Positions 18,871 to 28,556 are shown, counted from the first letter of the stretch. The stretch: 64,000 nt of DNA from Cyclobacteriaceae bacterium (GCA_039986395.1 JBDWQX010000205.1:201-64200); one strand, 5' to 3'. Program-made: numbers and translations. Notes: generated by a model from the letters alone, not told the origin.

Positions 18871-19443
18871 TCAATACTCCTCCTTCAACTTATCCCTTAG
18901 TTTTTCCAGCTGTCTTTTTTTGGGAATGTGAAGATTTGTTCGTTCCCATCGAATGAGCAAAAAAGCTAGGAGGTACATGGAGAGGATTAGTAACCATTTC
19001 TCAATCGAAGCACCTCTATCTATCATTTTTCCAGCATAGAAGAGAGTAAAAGGAACCAGGTAACCGACGATCATTAGAAAAGAAAATTTTATAATATAGT
19101 TCGTGTTGGAAATAGCATGATTCAACTCTCCGAATACAGAACGATCAAAGGTATTTTCTTCCTTTTTTCTCTTCCAACGAAAATATTGTGTGTAGAGCAC
19201 CGTACACAGCATCATTCCTGAACCTACAAAATCCCAATAGTGCGGATCATCGAGCCCATCGATGAATAAGACAATGGCCATTAGACCGTTGATCAGACTT
19301 ATGCAAGTCTCTAAGACATCGATCTTTCGGCTAGCAACATTCTTCTTTCGTGTGATAGTTTGATGTACGGCATCTCTATTAATCACATACATAGTTTCTC
19401 CTTTTTGCTGGTTCCAAATTTTTTGCAGCTCTTCAATTTCCAT
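18871..19443 (-). CDS. hypothetical membrane protein, probable partner (anti-sigma?) of the upstream ECF sigma
   Basis: 190 aa and about 4 TM. It has an 11-nt overlap with the sigma gene. The role is inferred from context only. Confidence 0.6.
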   Translation of the reverse strand: MEIEELQKIWNQQKGETMYVINRDAVHQTITRKKNVASRKIDVLETCISLINGLMAIVLFIDGLDDPHYWDFVGSGMMLCTVLYTQYFRWKRKKEENTFDRSVFGELNHAISNTNYIIKFSFLMIVGYLVPFTLFYAGKMIDRGASIEKWLLILSMYLLAFLLIRWERTNLHIPKKRQLEKLRDKLKEEY

Positions 19444-19939
19444 TGCTGTAATTTTTTGAATTAGAAATCAATTGTTTTTTGATTCTGTGAATCTTCACTC
19501 CTATGTTGCTTTCTGATATACCCATCATTTTTGACATCTCTTGGTAGCTGTATCCCTCTAACAGCAATAGTGAAAGGGAACGATCAATCTCATTAAATTC
19601 ACGTATCTGTAGATAAAGCCAGCCAACTCGCTCATCTTGCGTCTCTTCCTGCGCACTCAGCAACTGATTCACGTTTCCAATTTCTTGATGTCCGTCCACA
19701 TGTTTTTTCTCTTTCGTACTCCACTTGATAGCTGTATTCAAAGCGATACGATAGAGCCATGTGGAAACCGCCGACTTGCCCTTGAAATTCGGAATCGACC
19801 GGTACACCTGAAGACATACTTCCTGAAACAGATCGCTTTCATCCTCAGAATTGAAAGCATAGGATCGTATTACCTTGAATATCAAAGCACGATAGCCGGC
19901 AAGCCATTCATCAAAGATTTTACGCTGTTTACTTTCCAC
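19433..19939 (-). CDS. ECF-type RNA polymerase sigma-70 family factor
   Basis: 168 aa with a GTG start (no ATG is available). It has region 2 (DLFQEVCLQVYRSIPNFKGKSAVSTWLYRIALNTAI) and region 4 (LLLLEGYSYQEMSKMMGISESNIGVKIHRIKKQL). Confidence 0.9.
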   Translation of the reverse strand: MESKQRKIFDEWLAGYRALIFKVIRSYAFNSEDESDLFQEVCLQVYRSIPNFKGKSAVSTWLYRIALNTAIKWSTKEKKHVDGHQEIGNVNQLLSAQEETQDERVGWLYLQIREFNEIDRSLSLLLLEGYSYQEMSKMMGISESNIGVKIHRIKKQLISNSKNYSNGN

Positions 19940-20420
19940 TTATCTAGAATCAGTTGCACCAATAGTCCTGAGCGCAGAAGATTTCTTACAAAAAAAGGAA
20001 ATTATTTAAAAATTTAGATTTGATGTTACCACTAAGGATTTCTTCGATGCTCGATTTGAGATTCCAGAAATGCAAGACCAAATATTCTTCAGAGAAGGTA
20101 CAGTTTTCTTGTAATGATTCTAATATTCAAAAGTCATTGATAATTTGCTGATAGAGAAAGGTTAGGGCATAAAAAAGCTCCAGCAAACAGCTATCAAACC
20201 TCTATTAGAAGGATTTTGGTATTCGTCAGTACCGTCAATGATCCCTTTGCAGGGCGTGATTTAGTGCACCGAACAAACCCAATTTTGGATACATTCTCAG
20301 ATTTGTATAGTGTTTCGCTAGAGCAGAGACGAAGGTAAGGATTTGTTCGGATTCGAGCATAGAAAACGGGCCGACAAAAGTTCTCCCATGAAGCTATTCA
20401 ACAGATAGGCGTCCTTACAT

Positions 20421-20500
20421 TTGTCATGCCTGACCTGATCAGGCATCTTACCCATCAGTTTTGGAAGATACCGTGTCTAGCACGGTACGACAGGTATGAC
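20421..20500 (+). repeat. REP-like double-hairpin element, copy A
   Basis: Hairpin 1 is GTCATGCCTGA-CCTGA-TCAGGCATC (20423-20447). Hairpin 2 is TACCGTG-TCTAG-CACGGTA (20469-20487). Confidence 0.75.
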
Positions 20501-20627
20501 ATTGCGAAAACCCCCGCGATGCCTAGTCCGTATCTTAGTCAGTTCAATCAGCAAACACAACCCCAACATTGCCTTGAAAACAATCTTCCTAACCCTCTAT
20601 CTCTCCATCATTTCATCAGACATCATT

Positions 20628-21323
20628 ATGCGTCATGACGTAGACGACGCGAAGTATTTGGAACTTGGAGCGAAGTACGGTGGTTCAGCGGTGAGACTCA
20701 ATGCTGGGTGCGGCACGTTTATCCGGCCAAACTGGATTATTACAGCAGCACACGTGGCCTCAAGCAGAAGAATAGGAGATGATGTAACCGTAAACGGTGT
20801 CAAATATGTCATCCAGAGGAAGATTATTCACCCTGGTTTTTCTATGACCAGGAGTGTTCTGAATGATATTGCCTTGCTGCAACTGACTGAGAATGTTCCA
20901 AATGTTGAGCTAGCGAAACTGTATCAAAAAACAGATGAGGTAGGTAAAGAAATCATTTTCGCAGGAACTGGCTGGGCTGGGACCGGTGACAAAGGAATGA
21001 CTGATGGTGCCATAAACAAAGATCGCAAACTGCGTGCAGCTCAAAATCTGATCGATGGCTCAAAGACGGGATACATTCGTTTCACCTTTGATGCGCCTGA
21101 GACCGAGAACTCGCTCCCTCTTGAAGGCATCAGTGGACCTGGGGATAGCGGTGGGCCAGCCCTTTGGTTTGACGGTGATCAAGCCTACATCATGGGCGTG
21201 AGTTCACACCAAGATGGACGCGGAACCGGAAAACCGGAAGGTGTTTATGGTGTGTACGAATACTACACTCGAGTTTCAGAATTCAGCGATTGGGTTCTAG
21301 GAGAAATGGAAGAAAAGTACTGA
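20628..21323 (+). CDS. trypsin-like (S1 family) serine protease, no obvious signal peptide from this start
   Basis: The catalytic triad contexts are TAAHV, NDIALLQL and GDSGGP. I prefer ATG 20628 (MRHDVDDAKYLELG...). The track ORF start at 20496 lies inside repeat copy A. Confidence 0.8.
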   Translation: MRHDVDDAKYLELGAKYGGSAVRLNAGCGTFIRPNWIITAAHVASSRRIGDDVTVNGVKYVIQRKIIHPGFSMTRSVLNDIALLQLTENVPNVELAKLYQKTDEVGKEIIFAGTGWAGTGDKGMTDGAINKDRKLRAAQNLIDGSKTGYIRFTFDAPETENSLPLEGISGPGDSGGPALWFDGDQAYIMGVSSHQDGRGTGKPEGVYGVYEYYTRVSEFSDWVLGEMEEKY

Positions 21324-21371
21324 ACCGATTTGATGGTTTTGTCAGGAATAATTGCCGAGACGCATTGCTTC

Positions 21372-21440
21372 CAGTCATGCCTGACTCGATCAGGCATCCC
21401 GCACAAAGGCAGGTAGATACCCAGTCAAGCACAGGTATCA
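21372..21440 (+). repeat. REP-like double-hairpin element, copy B (same orientation as copy A)
   Basis: Hairpin 1 is GTCATGCCTGA-CTCGA-TCAGGCATC (21374-21398), 23/25 identical to copy A. Hairpin 2 is GATACC-12 nt-GGTATC (21416-21439). Confidence 0.75.
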
Positions 21441-21690
21441 TACTCCATACTGTCCATAGAAGGATTCTTTACGTCTGTTATTTCAGCATACTTTTCTCAT
21501 GGTAAATCCCTCTGCAATCTAGACTGGATGGGAAGCGGCACGAAGTAAGCTGGACAGCCGGGATACCAGTAGCTAGAAGGTCAAGTCTTTCTCTCTAGTA
21601 AATTAATATATAAATATTTGCCTAAACGATTTTACGATTTTTAAAGAAACTCAAAGTAGCATACATTTGTTAAGAACCTTACCGAAACGT

Positions 21691-24408
21691 ATGGATAAAT
21701 ATTCCTATATCGCCAACGCGCATGGCAATTACATAGACGAGCTTTTCAAGTCGTACAAAGAGGACCCCAACAGTGTAGATGAATCCTGGAAGAAGTTTTT
21801 TGAGGGATTTGAGTTTGCACAAACGAACTATGGAGAGGCAGGTGCAGAGATTGCCACTCCGAAGGAGACGGCGGTCAGAAATCTGATTTACAGTTACCGA
21901 TCATTTGCTCACCTGATATCTGATACGAATCCCGTCAGGGCTAGAAGGAAGCATATTCAAAGGCTTGCACTTTCTGACTTTGATCTGTCTGATGCTGATT
22001 TAAATGCAGAATTTGAGGTTGGATCTGAAATTGGACTTGGTAAAGCTACTTTGAGTACCATCCTTGACAAGCTAAAAAAGGTTTACTGTGGTCATATCGG
22101 ATTCGAATACACGCACATTCGTGATTCGGATGTTCAGGAGTGGCTCCGAAGTAAATGTGAAAATGAAGGAGCAAATATTAACCCACCCAAAGAAGGAAAA
22201 CATCAGATTCTTTCTAAGCTGAACGAAGCTGTAGTATTTGAAAATTTCCTTCACACGAAATTTCTCGGGCAGAAGCGATTTTCTCTCGAAGGTGGGGAGA
22301 ACACCATACCCGCTTTGGATACCATTATCCATAAAGCTGCAGAGTTGGGAGCGGAAGAAGTGATGATAGGAATGGCACATAGAGGGCGTTTGAATGTGCT
22401 TGCGAATATCATGGGCAAGACATACGAGGAGATTTTTAGTGAGTTCGAAGGAAACGTAGAGGTCGATCTCACTATGGGCGACGGAGATGTCAAGTACCAT
22501 TTGGGGTATTCCTCACATTTAGATACTTCTGGTGGTAAGAAAATTTACGTGAAACTGGCACCCAACCCATCTCACCTGGAGGCTGTCGATCCAGTAGTTC
22601 TCGGTTACACCCGAGCACAAATCGATGACGAGTACAGGGGTGATTCCTCAAAAGCAGTTCCGGTGCTGATACATGGTGATGCTGCCGCTTCAGGACAAGG
22701 AATTGTTTATGAGTGTATTCAGATGTCGAAACTAGATGGGTACCAAACAGGCGGTACTATTCACTTAGTGATCAATAATCAGATCGGGTTTACCACAGAC
22801 TTTGATGACGGCAGGTCAAGCATATACTGTACGGATTTAGCCAAGATTGTAGATGCACCCGTACTTCATGTAAATGGAGATGACGCTGAAGCGGTTAATT
22901 TCTGTGCAAATCTTGCTATTGAGTATCGACAAAAATTCAAAAAAGATATTTTTATTGATATGCTTTGCTACCGTCGGCATGGACACAATGAAAGTGATGA
23001 ACCAAAATTCACACAACCAAAACTTTACAACGTAATTTCAAAGCATCCAAATCCCAGAGAGATTTACGTGAAGCAACTCACTGAAAGAAAGGATTTGGAC
23101 GGAGCAGCAATCGAGAAATTGGATAAAGACTTCAAGGCTCAACTGCAAACACGATTGGATGAAATAAAACAGCATCCACTCCCATACAAACCTCAGAAAA
23201 TCGAGGAAGAGTGGGAATACCTACGACGGGCTACCGCAAAAGATTTTGACAAATCTCCAGATACAAGTATCTCTGAGGCACTTCTGAAAAAAGTGGCAAA
23301 GGCCATTACCGAAGTGCCTAAGGGCTTTAAGCCACTTCGACAAATTGAAAAATTGTTGAAAGATAGGAATGCGAATTTCTTTGAGAAAAAAGAACTGGGA
23401 TGGGCCGATGCAGAGTTGCTGGCATACGGCTCAGTATTGGCAGATGGAAAGATTTTTAGAATGTCTGGTCAGGATGTAAAGCGTGGAACGTTTTCTCATC
23501 GGCATGCTTACTTTTTTGATTCCAATACCAATGAGCCATTTAGTGGCTTGAACAATGTAACTCCAAAGCAGGAACCATTTAGGATTTACAATTCACTATT
23601 GTCAGAGTACGGAGTGCTTGGCTTTGAGTATGGATATGCAATGGCAACTCCGAATGCACTGGTAATTTGGGAGGCACAATTTGGTGATTTTGCAAACGGT
23701 GCTCAGATTATGATTGATCAGTTTATCATGAGTGCAGAAAGCAAGTGGCAACGAATGAATGGTCTCGTAATGCTGTTGCCACATGGCTATGAAGGTCAGG
23801 GACCAGAGCACTCAAGTGCTAGGATGGAACGATTCCTTCAAATGACAGCAAATGATAATGTGATTATTGCGAATTTGACGACATCCGCGAACATCTTCCA
23901 TTTATTGAGAAGACAGGTGACTTGGGAGTTCAGAAAGCCAGCAATTGTGTTTTCCCCAAAATCTCTGCTTCGGCACCCAGGAGTTGCTTCTCCATTGAAA
24001 GATTTTACCGCAGGTAAGTTTCAGGAAATGATTCCTGATAGTTACGTGACTGCAAAGAGTGTGAAGAAGGTGCTTTTCTGTACAGGGAAGGTCTACTTTG
24101 ACCTTTTAGAAGAACAGCAAAAACGGAAAGCCAAGAACACTGCAATAGTCAGGATTGAGCAGGTGTATCCTTTCCCGCAGAAGCAGGTAGATGCACTGAT
24201 CAAGAAGTATGCTAATCCGAAGTTGGTTTGGGTACAAGAAGAACCTAAGAACATGGGAGCCTGGAGTTTCCTCCTTACCAGCGTCGATCTGAAGTTGGAA
24301 GTTGTGGCAAGAAAAATAGGTTCCTCTCCAGCAACTGGTTTTGCGAAAGTGCACAAACAGGAGCAGGCTGAATTAGTTAAGAAAGCATTCGATTTAAAGC
24401 CAGCGTAA
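21691..24408 (+). CDS. sucA: 2-oxoglutarate dehydrogenase E1 component
   Basis: About 905 aa with the typical N-terminus (MDKYSYIANAHGNYIDELF) and ThDP-binding regions. I chose ATG 21691 over the track's TTG at 21667. Confidence 0.95.
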   Translation: MDKYSYIANAHGNYIDELFKSYKEDPNSVDESWKKFFEGFEFAQTNYGEAGAEIATPKETAVRNLIYSYRSFAHLISDTNPVRARRKHIQRLALSDFDLSDADLNAEFEVGSEIGLGKATLSTILDKLKKVYCGHIGFEYTHIRDSDVQEWLRSKCENEGANINPPKEGKHQILSKLNEAVVFENFLHTKFLGQKRFSLEGGENTIPALDTIIHKAAELGAEEVMIGMAHRGRLNVLANIMGKTYEEIFSEFEGNVEVDLTMGDGDVKYHLGYSSHLDTSGGKKIYVKLAPNPSHLEAVDPVVLGYTRAQIDDEYRGDSSKAVPVLIHGDAAASGQGIVYECIQMSKLDGYQTGGTIHLVINNQIGFTTDFDDGRSSIYCTDLAKIVDAPVLHVNGDDAEAVNFCANLAIEYRQKFKKDIFIDMLCYRRHGHNESDEPKFTQPKLYNVISKHPNPREIYVKQLTERKDLDGAAIEKLDKDFKAQLQTRLDEIKQHPLPYKPQKIEEEWEYLRRATAKDFDKSPDTSISEALLKKVAKAITEVPKGFKPLRQIEKLLKDRNANFFEKKELGWADAELLAYGSVLADGKIFRMSGQDVKRGTFSHRHAYFFDSNTNEPFSGLNNVTPKQEPFRIYNSLLSEYGVLGFEYGYAMATPNALVIWEAQFGDFANGAQIMIDQFIMSAESKWQRMNGLVMLLPHGYEGQGPEHSSARMERFLQMTANDNVIIANLTTSANIFHLLRRQVTWEFRKPAIVFSPKSLLRHPGVASPLKDFTAGKFQEMIPDSYVTAKSVKKVLFCTGKVYFDLLEEQQKRKAKNTAIVRIEQVYPFPQKQVDALIKKYANPKLVWVQEEPKNMGAWSFLLTSVDLKLEVVARKIGSSPATGFAKVHKQEQAELVKKAFDLKPA

Positions 24409-24498
24409 CGCTGGAGCCAAATAAAAGAACCTCTGGTTTTTGAGGAATCGGAGAAACTGTATTAAAAAGAGTTTTAAGAAGACATAAAGAGTAACGAA

Positions 24499-26037
24499 AT
24501 GAGTCTTGAAATGAAAGTGCCGACCGTCGGCGAATCAATTACCGAAGTAACAGTATCATCATGGTCCAAAGGTGATGGAGATATGGTAGAAATGGATGAG
24601 GTGATCTGTGAACTCGAATCTGATAAAGCAACTTTTGAAGTTACAGCCGAAGCAGCAGGGAAACTATCAATCAAAGCACAAGAAGGAGATACCTTGGAGA
24701 TAGGAGCTGTACTTTGTGAGATTGATGAAAGTGCAAGTGGCGGAACTTCCAAACCTGCCGAGGCGAAGGAAACTGCTGCGTCATCCCCGGCTGCAACGGA
24801 ATCAAAAGCTACGGGTGAGGTTCTCGAAATGAAAGTACCTGCTGTGGGAGAGTCCATTACAGAGGTGACACTTTCCACCTGGCAGAAAAGCGATGGCGAC
24901 TTTGTGGAGTTAGACGAAAATATTGCAGAGATTGAGTCAGACAAGGCGACGTTCGATCTTACTGCGGAAGCTCAAGGAACTTTGCAAATAGTAGCTAAAG
25001 AAGGAGATACACTAGAGATAGGTGCTTTAATCTGCAAGATTGAGGTGATGGATGGGGCGCCTGCTCCAAAGGCTTCGGCGACTGAGACTACACCTGCCGC
25101 TGAATCATCAGAGGCACCAAGTGGTTCAGGTTCCTATGCTACAGGTCATGCATCTCCAGCGGCTGCTAAAATCATTGATGAGAAGGGAATGTCAACTTCC
25201 GATGTTAAAGGAACTGGAAGAGATGGTAGGATTACGAAGGAGGATGCTGAGAAAGCACAAAAGTCAGCACCACAAGCTACTGAAGCTAAGCCAGCAACTC
25301 CGCAATTTGAAGCACCAACATTTGGTGGTGGAGTGACTCGAGAGCAGCGACGAGAGAAGATGTCCTCGTTGAGAAAAACAGTTGCAAGAAGGCTTGTTTC
25401 GGTAAAAAATGAAACGGCCATGCTCACCACCTTCAATGAGGTGAACATGAAGCCAATCATGGATATCAGAAAAAAATATAAAGAGGAGTTCAAAGAGAAA
25501 AATGAGGTAGGGCTGGGCTTTATGTCCTTCTTTACGAAGGCATGTTGCGTTGCTCTTCAGGAGTGGCCAGCAGTCAATGGAATGATCGATGAAAACGAAT
25601 TGGTGTTTAATGACTACTGCGACATTTCAATAGCCGTTTCAGCTCCAAAAGGACTTGTTGTTCCAGTTATTCGAAATGCAGAGTCAATGAACTTTGTTCA
25701 GATAGAAAAAGAGGTGATTAGGTTGGCAACTAAAGCGAGAGAAAACAAGCTTAGTATAGATGAAATGCAGGGTGGAACGTTCACTATAACCAATGGCGGA
25801 GTTTTCGGCTCAATGATGTCGACACCGATTATCAATGCACCTCAGTCCGCAATTCTAGGAATGCACAACATTGTACAGCGAGCGGTAGTTGAGAATGGAG
25901 AGGTTGTCGTGCGACCTATGATGTACGTAGCACTGTCCTACGATCATCGTATTATTGATGGACGAGAATCGGTAAGTTTCCTTGTGAGAGTGAAGCAGTT
26001 GCTGGAAGATCCGACCAGACTCCTTTTGGGAGTCTAG
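24499..26037 (+). CDS. sucB: dihydrolipoyllysine-residue succinyltransferase (E2o) with two tandem lipoyl domains
   Basis: There are two lipoyl-lysine motifs ([11 protein letters not shown] and [11 protein letters not shown]). An Ala/Pro-rich linker, a subunit-binding domain ([12 protein letters not shown]) and a catalytic domain ([11 protein letters not shown]) follow. Confidence 0.95.
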   Translation: MSLEMKVPTVGESITEVTVSSWSKGDGDMVEMDEVICELESDKATFEVTAEAAGKLSIKAQEGDTLEIGAVLCEIDESASGGTSKPAEAKETAASSPAATESKATGEVLEMKVPAVGESITEVTLSTWQKSDGDFVELDENIAEIESDKATFDLTAEAQGTLQIVAKEGDTLEIGALICKIEVMDGAPAPKASATETTPAAESSEAPSGSGSYATGHASPAAAKIIDEKGMSTSDVKGTGRDGRITKEDAEKAQKSAPQATEAKPATPQFEAPTFGGGVTREQRREKMSSLRKTVARRLVSVKNETAMLTTFNEVNMKPIMDIRKKYKEEFKEKNEVGLGFMSFFTKACCVALQEWPAVNGMIDENELVFNDYCDISIAVSAPKGLVVPVIRNAESMNFVQIEKEVIRLATKARENKLSIDEMQGGTFTITNGGVFGSMMSTPIINAPQSAILGMHNIVQRAVVENGEVVVRPMMYVALSYDHRIIDGRESVSFLVRVKQLLEDPTRLLLGV

Positions 26038-26039
26038 TG

Positions 26040-26063
26040 GTATTAAGTATCAGGTACTTGGTA
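26040..26063. repeat. left inverted-repeat arm flanking the four-helix-bundle gene
   Basis: GTATTAAGTATCAGGTACTTGGTA, starting 3 nt after the sucB stop. Confidence 0.7.
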
Positions 26064-26076
26064 TTAAGATGTAGAA

Positions 26077-26430
26077 ATGCATAGATATAAGGATTTAGAA
26101 GTTTGGAAAAAAGCCATGGATCTCTCTTACAAAATATATGAATTGACCAAAGAATTTCCTTCCGAGGAAAAGTTTGGTTTAATTTCTCAAATGAGAAGAT
26201 GTGCAGTTTCAGTACCATCAAATATTGCAGAAGGAGCTGGACGAAATACAAATGGTGAGTTCAAGCAATTCTTGGGAATCGCTCAAGGTTCAGCATTTGA
26301 GTTAGAGACCCAAACGCTCATTGCAAATAGGATGAATTTCTTAAAGAATAATGAATCCGATTCTATCATAGAGGAAGTAACGTCAATTTCTAACATGATT
26401 TTTAAACTAAAACAGCATTTAAAGTCTTAG
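26077..26430 (+). CDS. four-helix-bundle protein (23S rRNA intervening-sequence protein family)
   Basis: 117 aa. YKDLEVWKKAMDLSYKIYELTKEFPSEEKFGLISQMRRCAVSVPSNIAEGAGR...FLGIAQGSAFELETQ is the hallmark pattern of this family. Confidence 0.9.
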   Translation: MHRYKDLEVWKKAMDLSYKIYELTKEFPSEEKFGLISQMRRCAVSVPSNIAEGAGRNTNGEFKQFLGIAQGSAFELETQTLIANRMNFLKNNESDSIIEEVTSISNMIFKLKQHLKS

Positions 26431-26454
26431 TACATTGTACTCGATACTTAATAC
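26431..26454. repeat. right inverted-repeat arm flanking the four-helix-bundle gene
   Basis: The reverse complement is GTATTAAGTATCGAGTACAATGTA. The first 12 nt are identical to the left arm and the overall hand alignment is 19/24. It starts immediately after the gene's stop codon. Confidence 0.7.
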
Positions 26455-26473
26455 TGTCTATTAAATAAAAAAT

Positions 26474-27868
26474 ATGGATTATCAGGTTGTAGTAATTGGT
26501 TCAGGTCCTGGCGGATACGTTGCGGCCATTCGATGTGCCCAATTGGGATTGAAAACAGCAATCATCGAAAAGTACGATACCTTAGGTGGTACCTGCTTGA
26601 ATGTTGGTTGCATTCCCTCCAAAGCTCTTTTGGACTCGTCAGAGCATTTCCACAATGCAGAGCACACGTTCAAAACACATGGAATTGATATACCAAAACC
26701 TAAGGTCAATCTAAAACAAATGATCGGCCGAAAAGCGGATGTCGTAAAACAGAACGTGGAGGGTATAGACTACCTGATGAACAAGAATAAGATCGATGTT
26801 TTTCACGGTATGGGAAGTTTCGTTGATAAAAACACGATTGAGATCGCGGGTAAGAAAAAACAAAAAATCACAGGAGAAAAAATAATAATCGCCACAGGTT
26901 CTAAACCGACAAGCCTCCCCTTTATCAAGCTAGATAAGGACAGGGTTATCACAAGTACGGAAGCACTGGAGCTAAAAGAGATACCGAAACACATGATCAT
27001 CATCGGTGGTGGTGTCATTGGAGTTGAGCTTGGTTCCGTTTATGCCAGACTTGGTTCGAAAGTCTCTGTCGTGGAGTTTCTCGATAGTATCATTCCCACT
27101 ATGGATGGCACGATGGGAAAAGAGCTGCAAAAATCTTTGAAGGGAATCGGATTTGAATTCTACCTTGGTCATAAAGTCACCGCAGTTGATAAGAAGGCAA
27201 AAACCGTGACGGTGAAAGCAGAGAACAAGAAAGGAGAAACTGTTAATTTGAAAGGAGACTACTGCCTTGTTTCAATAGGAAGAAGACCATATACCGATAG
27301 CCTTGGACTGGAAAATGCCGGGGTCAAAATGGATGATCGTGGCAAAGTAGAGGTTGATGATCATTTACGTACCAATGTCGACAACATCTATGCAATCGGA
27401 GATGTTGTGAAAGGTGCAATGCTTGCCCATAAAGCCGAGGAAGAAGGAGTGTTTGTTGCTGAGTCAATCGTGGGCCAAAAGCCGCATATCAACTATAACC
27501 TCATTCCAGGCGTGGTGTATACCTGGCCAGAAGTTGCCTCCGTAGGTCAGACCGAGGAACAGTTAAAAGAACAAGGTCGAGCATTTAAAACGGGCAAGTT
27601 CCCATACAAGGCACTTGGAAGGGCCAGAGCAAGTATGGATACGGACGGACTTGTTAAGATATTGGCTGACAAAGCCACAGATGAAATTCTAGGTGTTCAC
27701 ATCATCGGAGCCCGAGCGGCAGACATGATTGCTGCAGGAGTGACAGCCATGGAATTCAGGGCATCTGCAGAAGACATTGCAAGAATGTCTCATGCGCACC
27801 CAACGTATATGGAAGCGTTCAAAGAGGCAGCCTTAGCTGCCACGGAGAACCGCCCGATCCATATGTAA
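26474..27868 (+). CDS. lpdA: dihydrolipoyl dehydrogenase (E3)
   Basis: 464 aa with the FAD motif GSGPGGYVAA, the redox-active disulfide GGTCLNVGCIPSK and the C-terminal HAHPT. Confidence 0.95.
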   Translation: MDYQVVVIGSGPGGYVAAIRCAQLGLKTAIIEKYDTLGGTCLNVGCIPSKALLDSSEHFHNAEHTFKTHGIDIPKPKVNLKQMIGRKADVVKQNVEGIDYLMNKNKIDVFHGMGSFVDKNTIEIAGKKKQKITGEKIIIATGSKPTSLPFIKLDKDRVITSTEALELKEIPKHMIIIGGGVIGVELGSVYARLGSKVSVVEFLDSIIPTMDGTMGKELQKSLKGIGFEFYLGHKVTAVDKKAKTVTVKAENKKGETVNLKGDYCLVSIGRRPYTDSLGLENAGVKMDDRGKVEVDDHLRTNVDNIYAIGDVVKGAMLAHKAEEEGVFVAESIVGQKPHINYNLIPGVVYTWPEVASVGQTEEQLKEQGRAFKTGKFPYKALGRARASMDTDGLVKILADKATDEILGVHIIGARAADMIAAGVTAMEFRASAEDIARMSHAHPTYMEAFKEAALAATENRPIHM

Positions 27869-27944
27869 GAGTCTTCTTCCTGATATTTCATCTTGTATTT
27901 GATTTATGAATGAACGGATCTATTAGTTTCTGCGTCTAGCCTAC

Positions 27945-28556
27945 ATGGAAATAATGGAAACAGATAACGTTATCAGTAAATCACTTAAAAAGTCAATATC
28001 GTACTCGGCATATAATGACTTGCTTCAAGAATACGCAACAGAAGGAAAGACGACAGGTCCAACCCAAAACGAGGACCTTATTTATTATACAAAGCTGAAT
28101 ACGCAGCGGAGCAAGCGAATTATGAAAACCACGAATCTAAACCCCGAACTGGTTTCTAAAGTTGAGCAATTGAATCAGAAAAGTGAATGGCTCCTAATTA
28201 CTGAAAGCTGGTGTGGTGATGCAGCTAATAGCGTCCCCGTCATTGCTAAACTCGCTGACCAAAGTAAAAATGCAGACTTGAGAATAGTGATGCGTGATGA
28301 AAACACAGATCTAATTGATCAGTTCTTGACACGTGGTGGACGCTCCATTCCAAAATTGATTGTGCTTGATTCAAAGAAAGAAGCACTCTTTACGTGGGGA
28401 CCCAGACCTGTGGAGGCTCAAAAACTGTACGATAGTTGGAAGAACTCAGAAGAGAAAAAACCATATAAGGAATTTCAAGTTGATCTTCAGAAATGGTACA
28501 ACCAAGATGGAGGTGCTTCTTTGCAACGAGAACTTTTGGATTTACTTCCTGGGTAG
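27945..28556 (+). CDS. thioredoxin-fold family protein
   Basis: 203 aa with a WCGD-type motif (ITESWCGDAANSVPVIAKL) and IPKLIVLD. Confidence 0.7.
   Translation: MEIMETDNVISKSLKKSISYSAYNDLLQEYATEGKTTGPTQNEDLIYYTKLNTQRSKRIMKTTNLNPELVSKVEQLNQKSEWLLITESWCGDAANSVPVIAKLADQSKNADLRIVMRDENTDLIDQFLTRGGRSIPKLIVLDSKKEALFTWGPRPVEAQKLYDSWKNSEEKKPYKEFQVDLQKWYNQDGGASLQRELLDLLPG

Noticed and set aside
20269-20350. 9-bp inverted repeat CCGAACAAA / TTTGTTCGG with a 64-nt loop in the long spacer, considered as an ncRNA stem.
   Set aside because: A 9-mer inverted match within about 700 bp is expected by chance roughly once, and there is no supporting T-run or extension of the stem.
20426-20638. Track ORFs that begin in or run through hairpin repeats: 20426-20638 (MPDLIRH...), 21290-21505, 47783-47968 (...HPEFISGS...), 47981-48214 (...LKQVQHD...) and 61381-61629 (...SRTCFGK...).
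   Set aside because: Their only conserved-looking parts are translations of palindromic repeat DNA. They have no start context and overlap real genes or spacers, so they are annotation artefacts.
21667-21690. N-terminal extensions offered by the ORF track through TTG/GTG starts: sucA 21667, hisD 46630, 43653, 39102, 11179 and 37831.
   Set aside because: In each case a downstream ATG gives the N-terminus typical of the family or better spacing to the upstream gene, so I used the ATG.
24398-24416. Hairpin CCAGCG-TAA-CGCTGG spanning the sucA stop codon, considered as a terminator between sucA and sucB.
   Set aside because: The stem is only 6 bp, no T-run follows, and sucB is expected to be co-transcribed.
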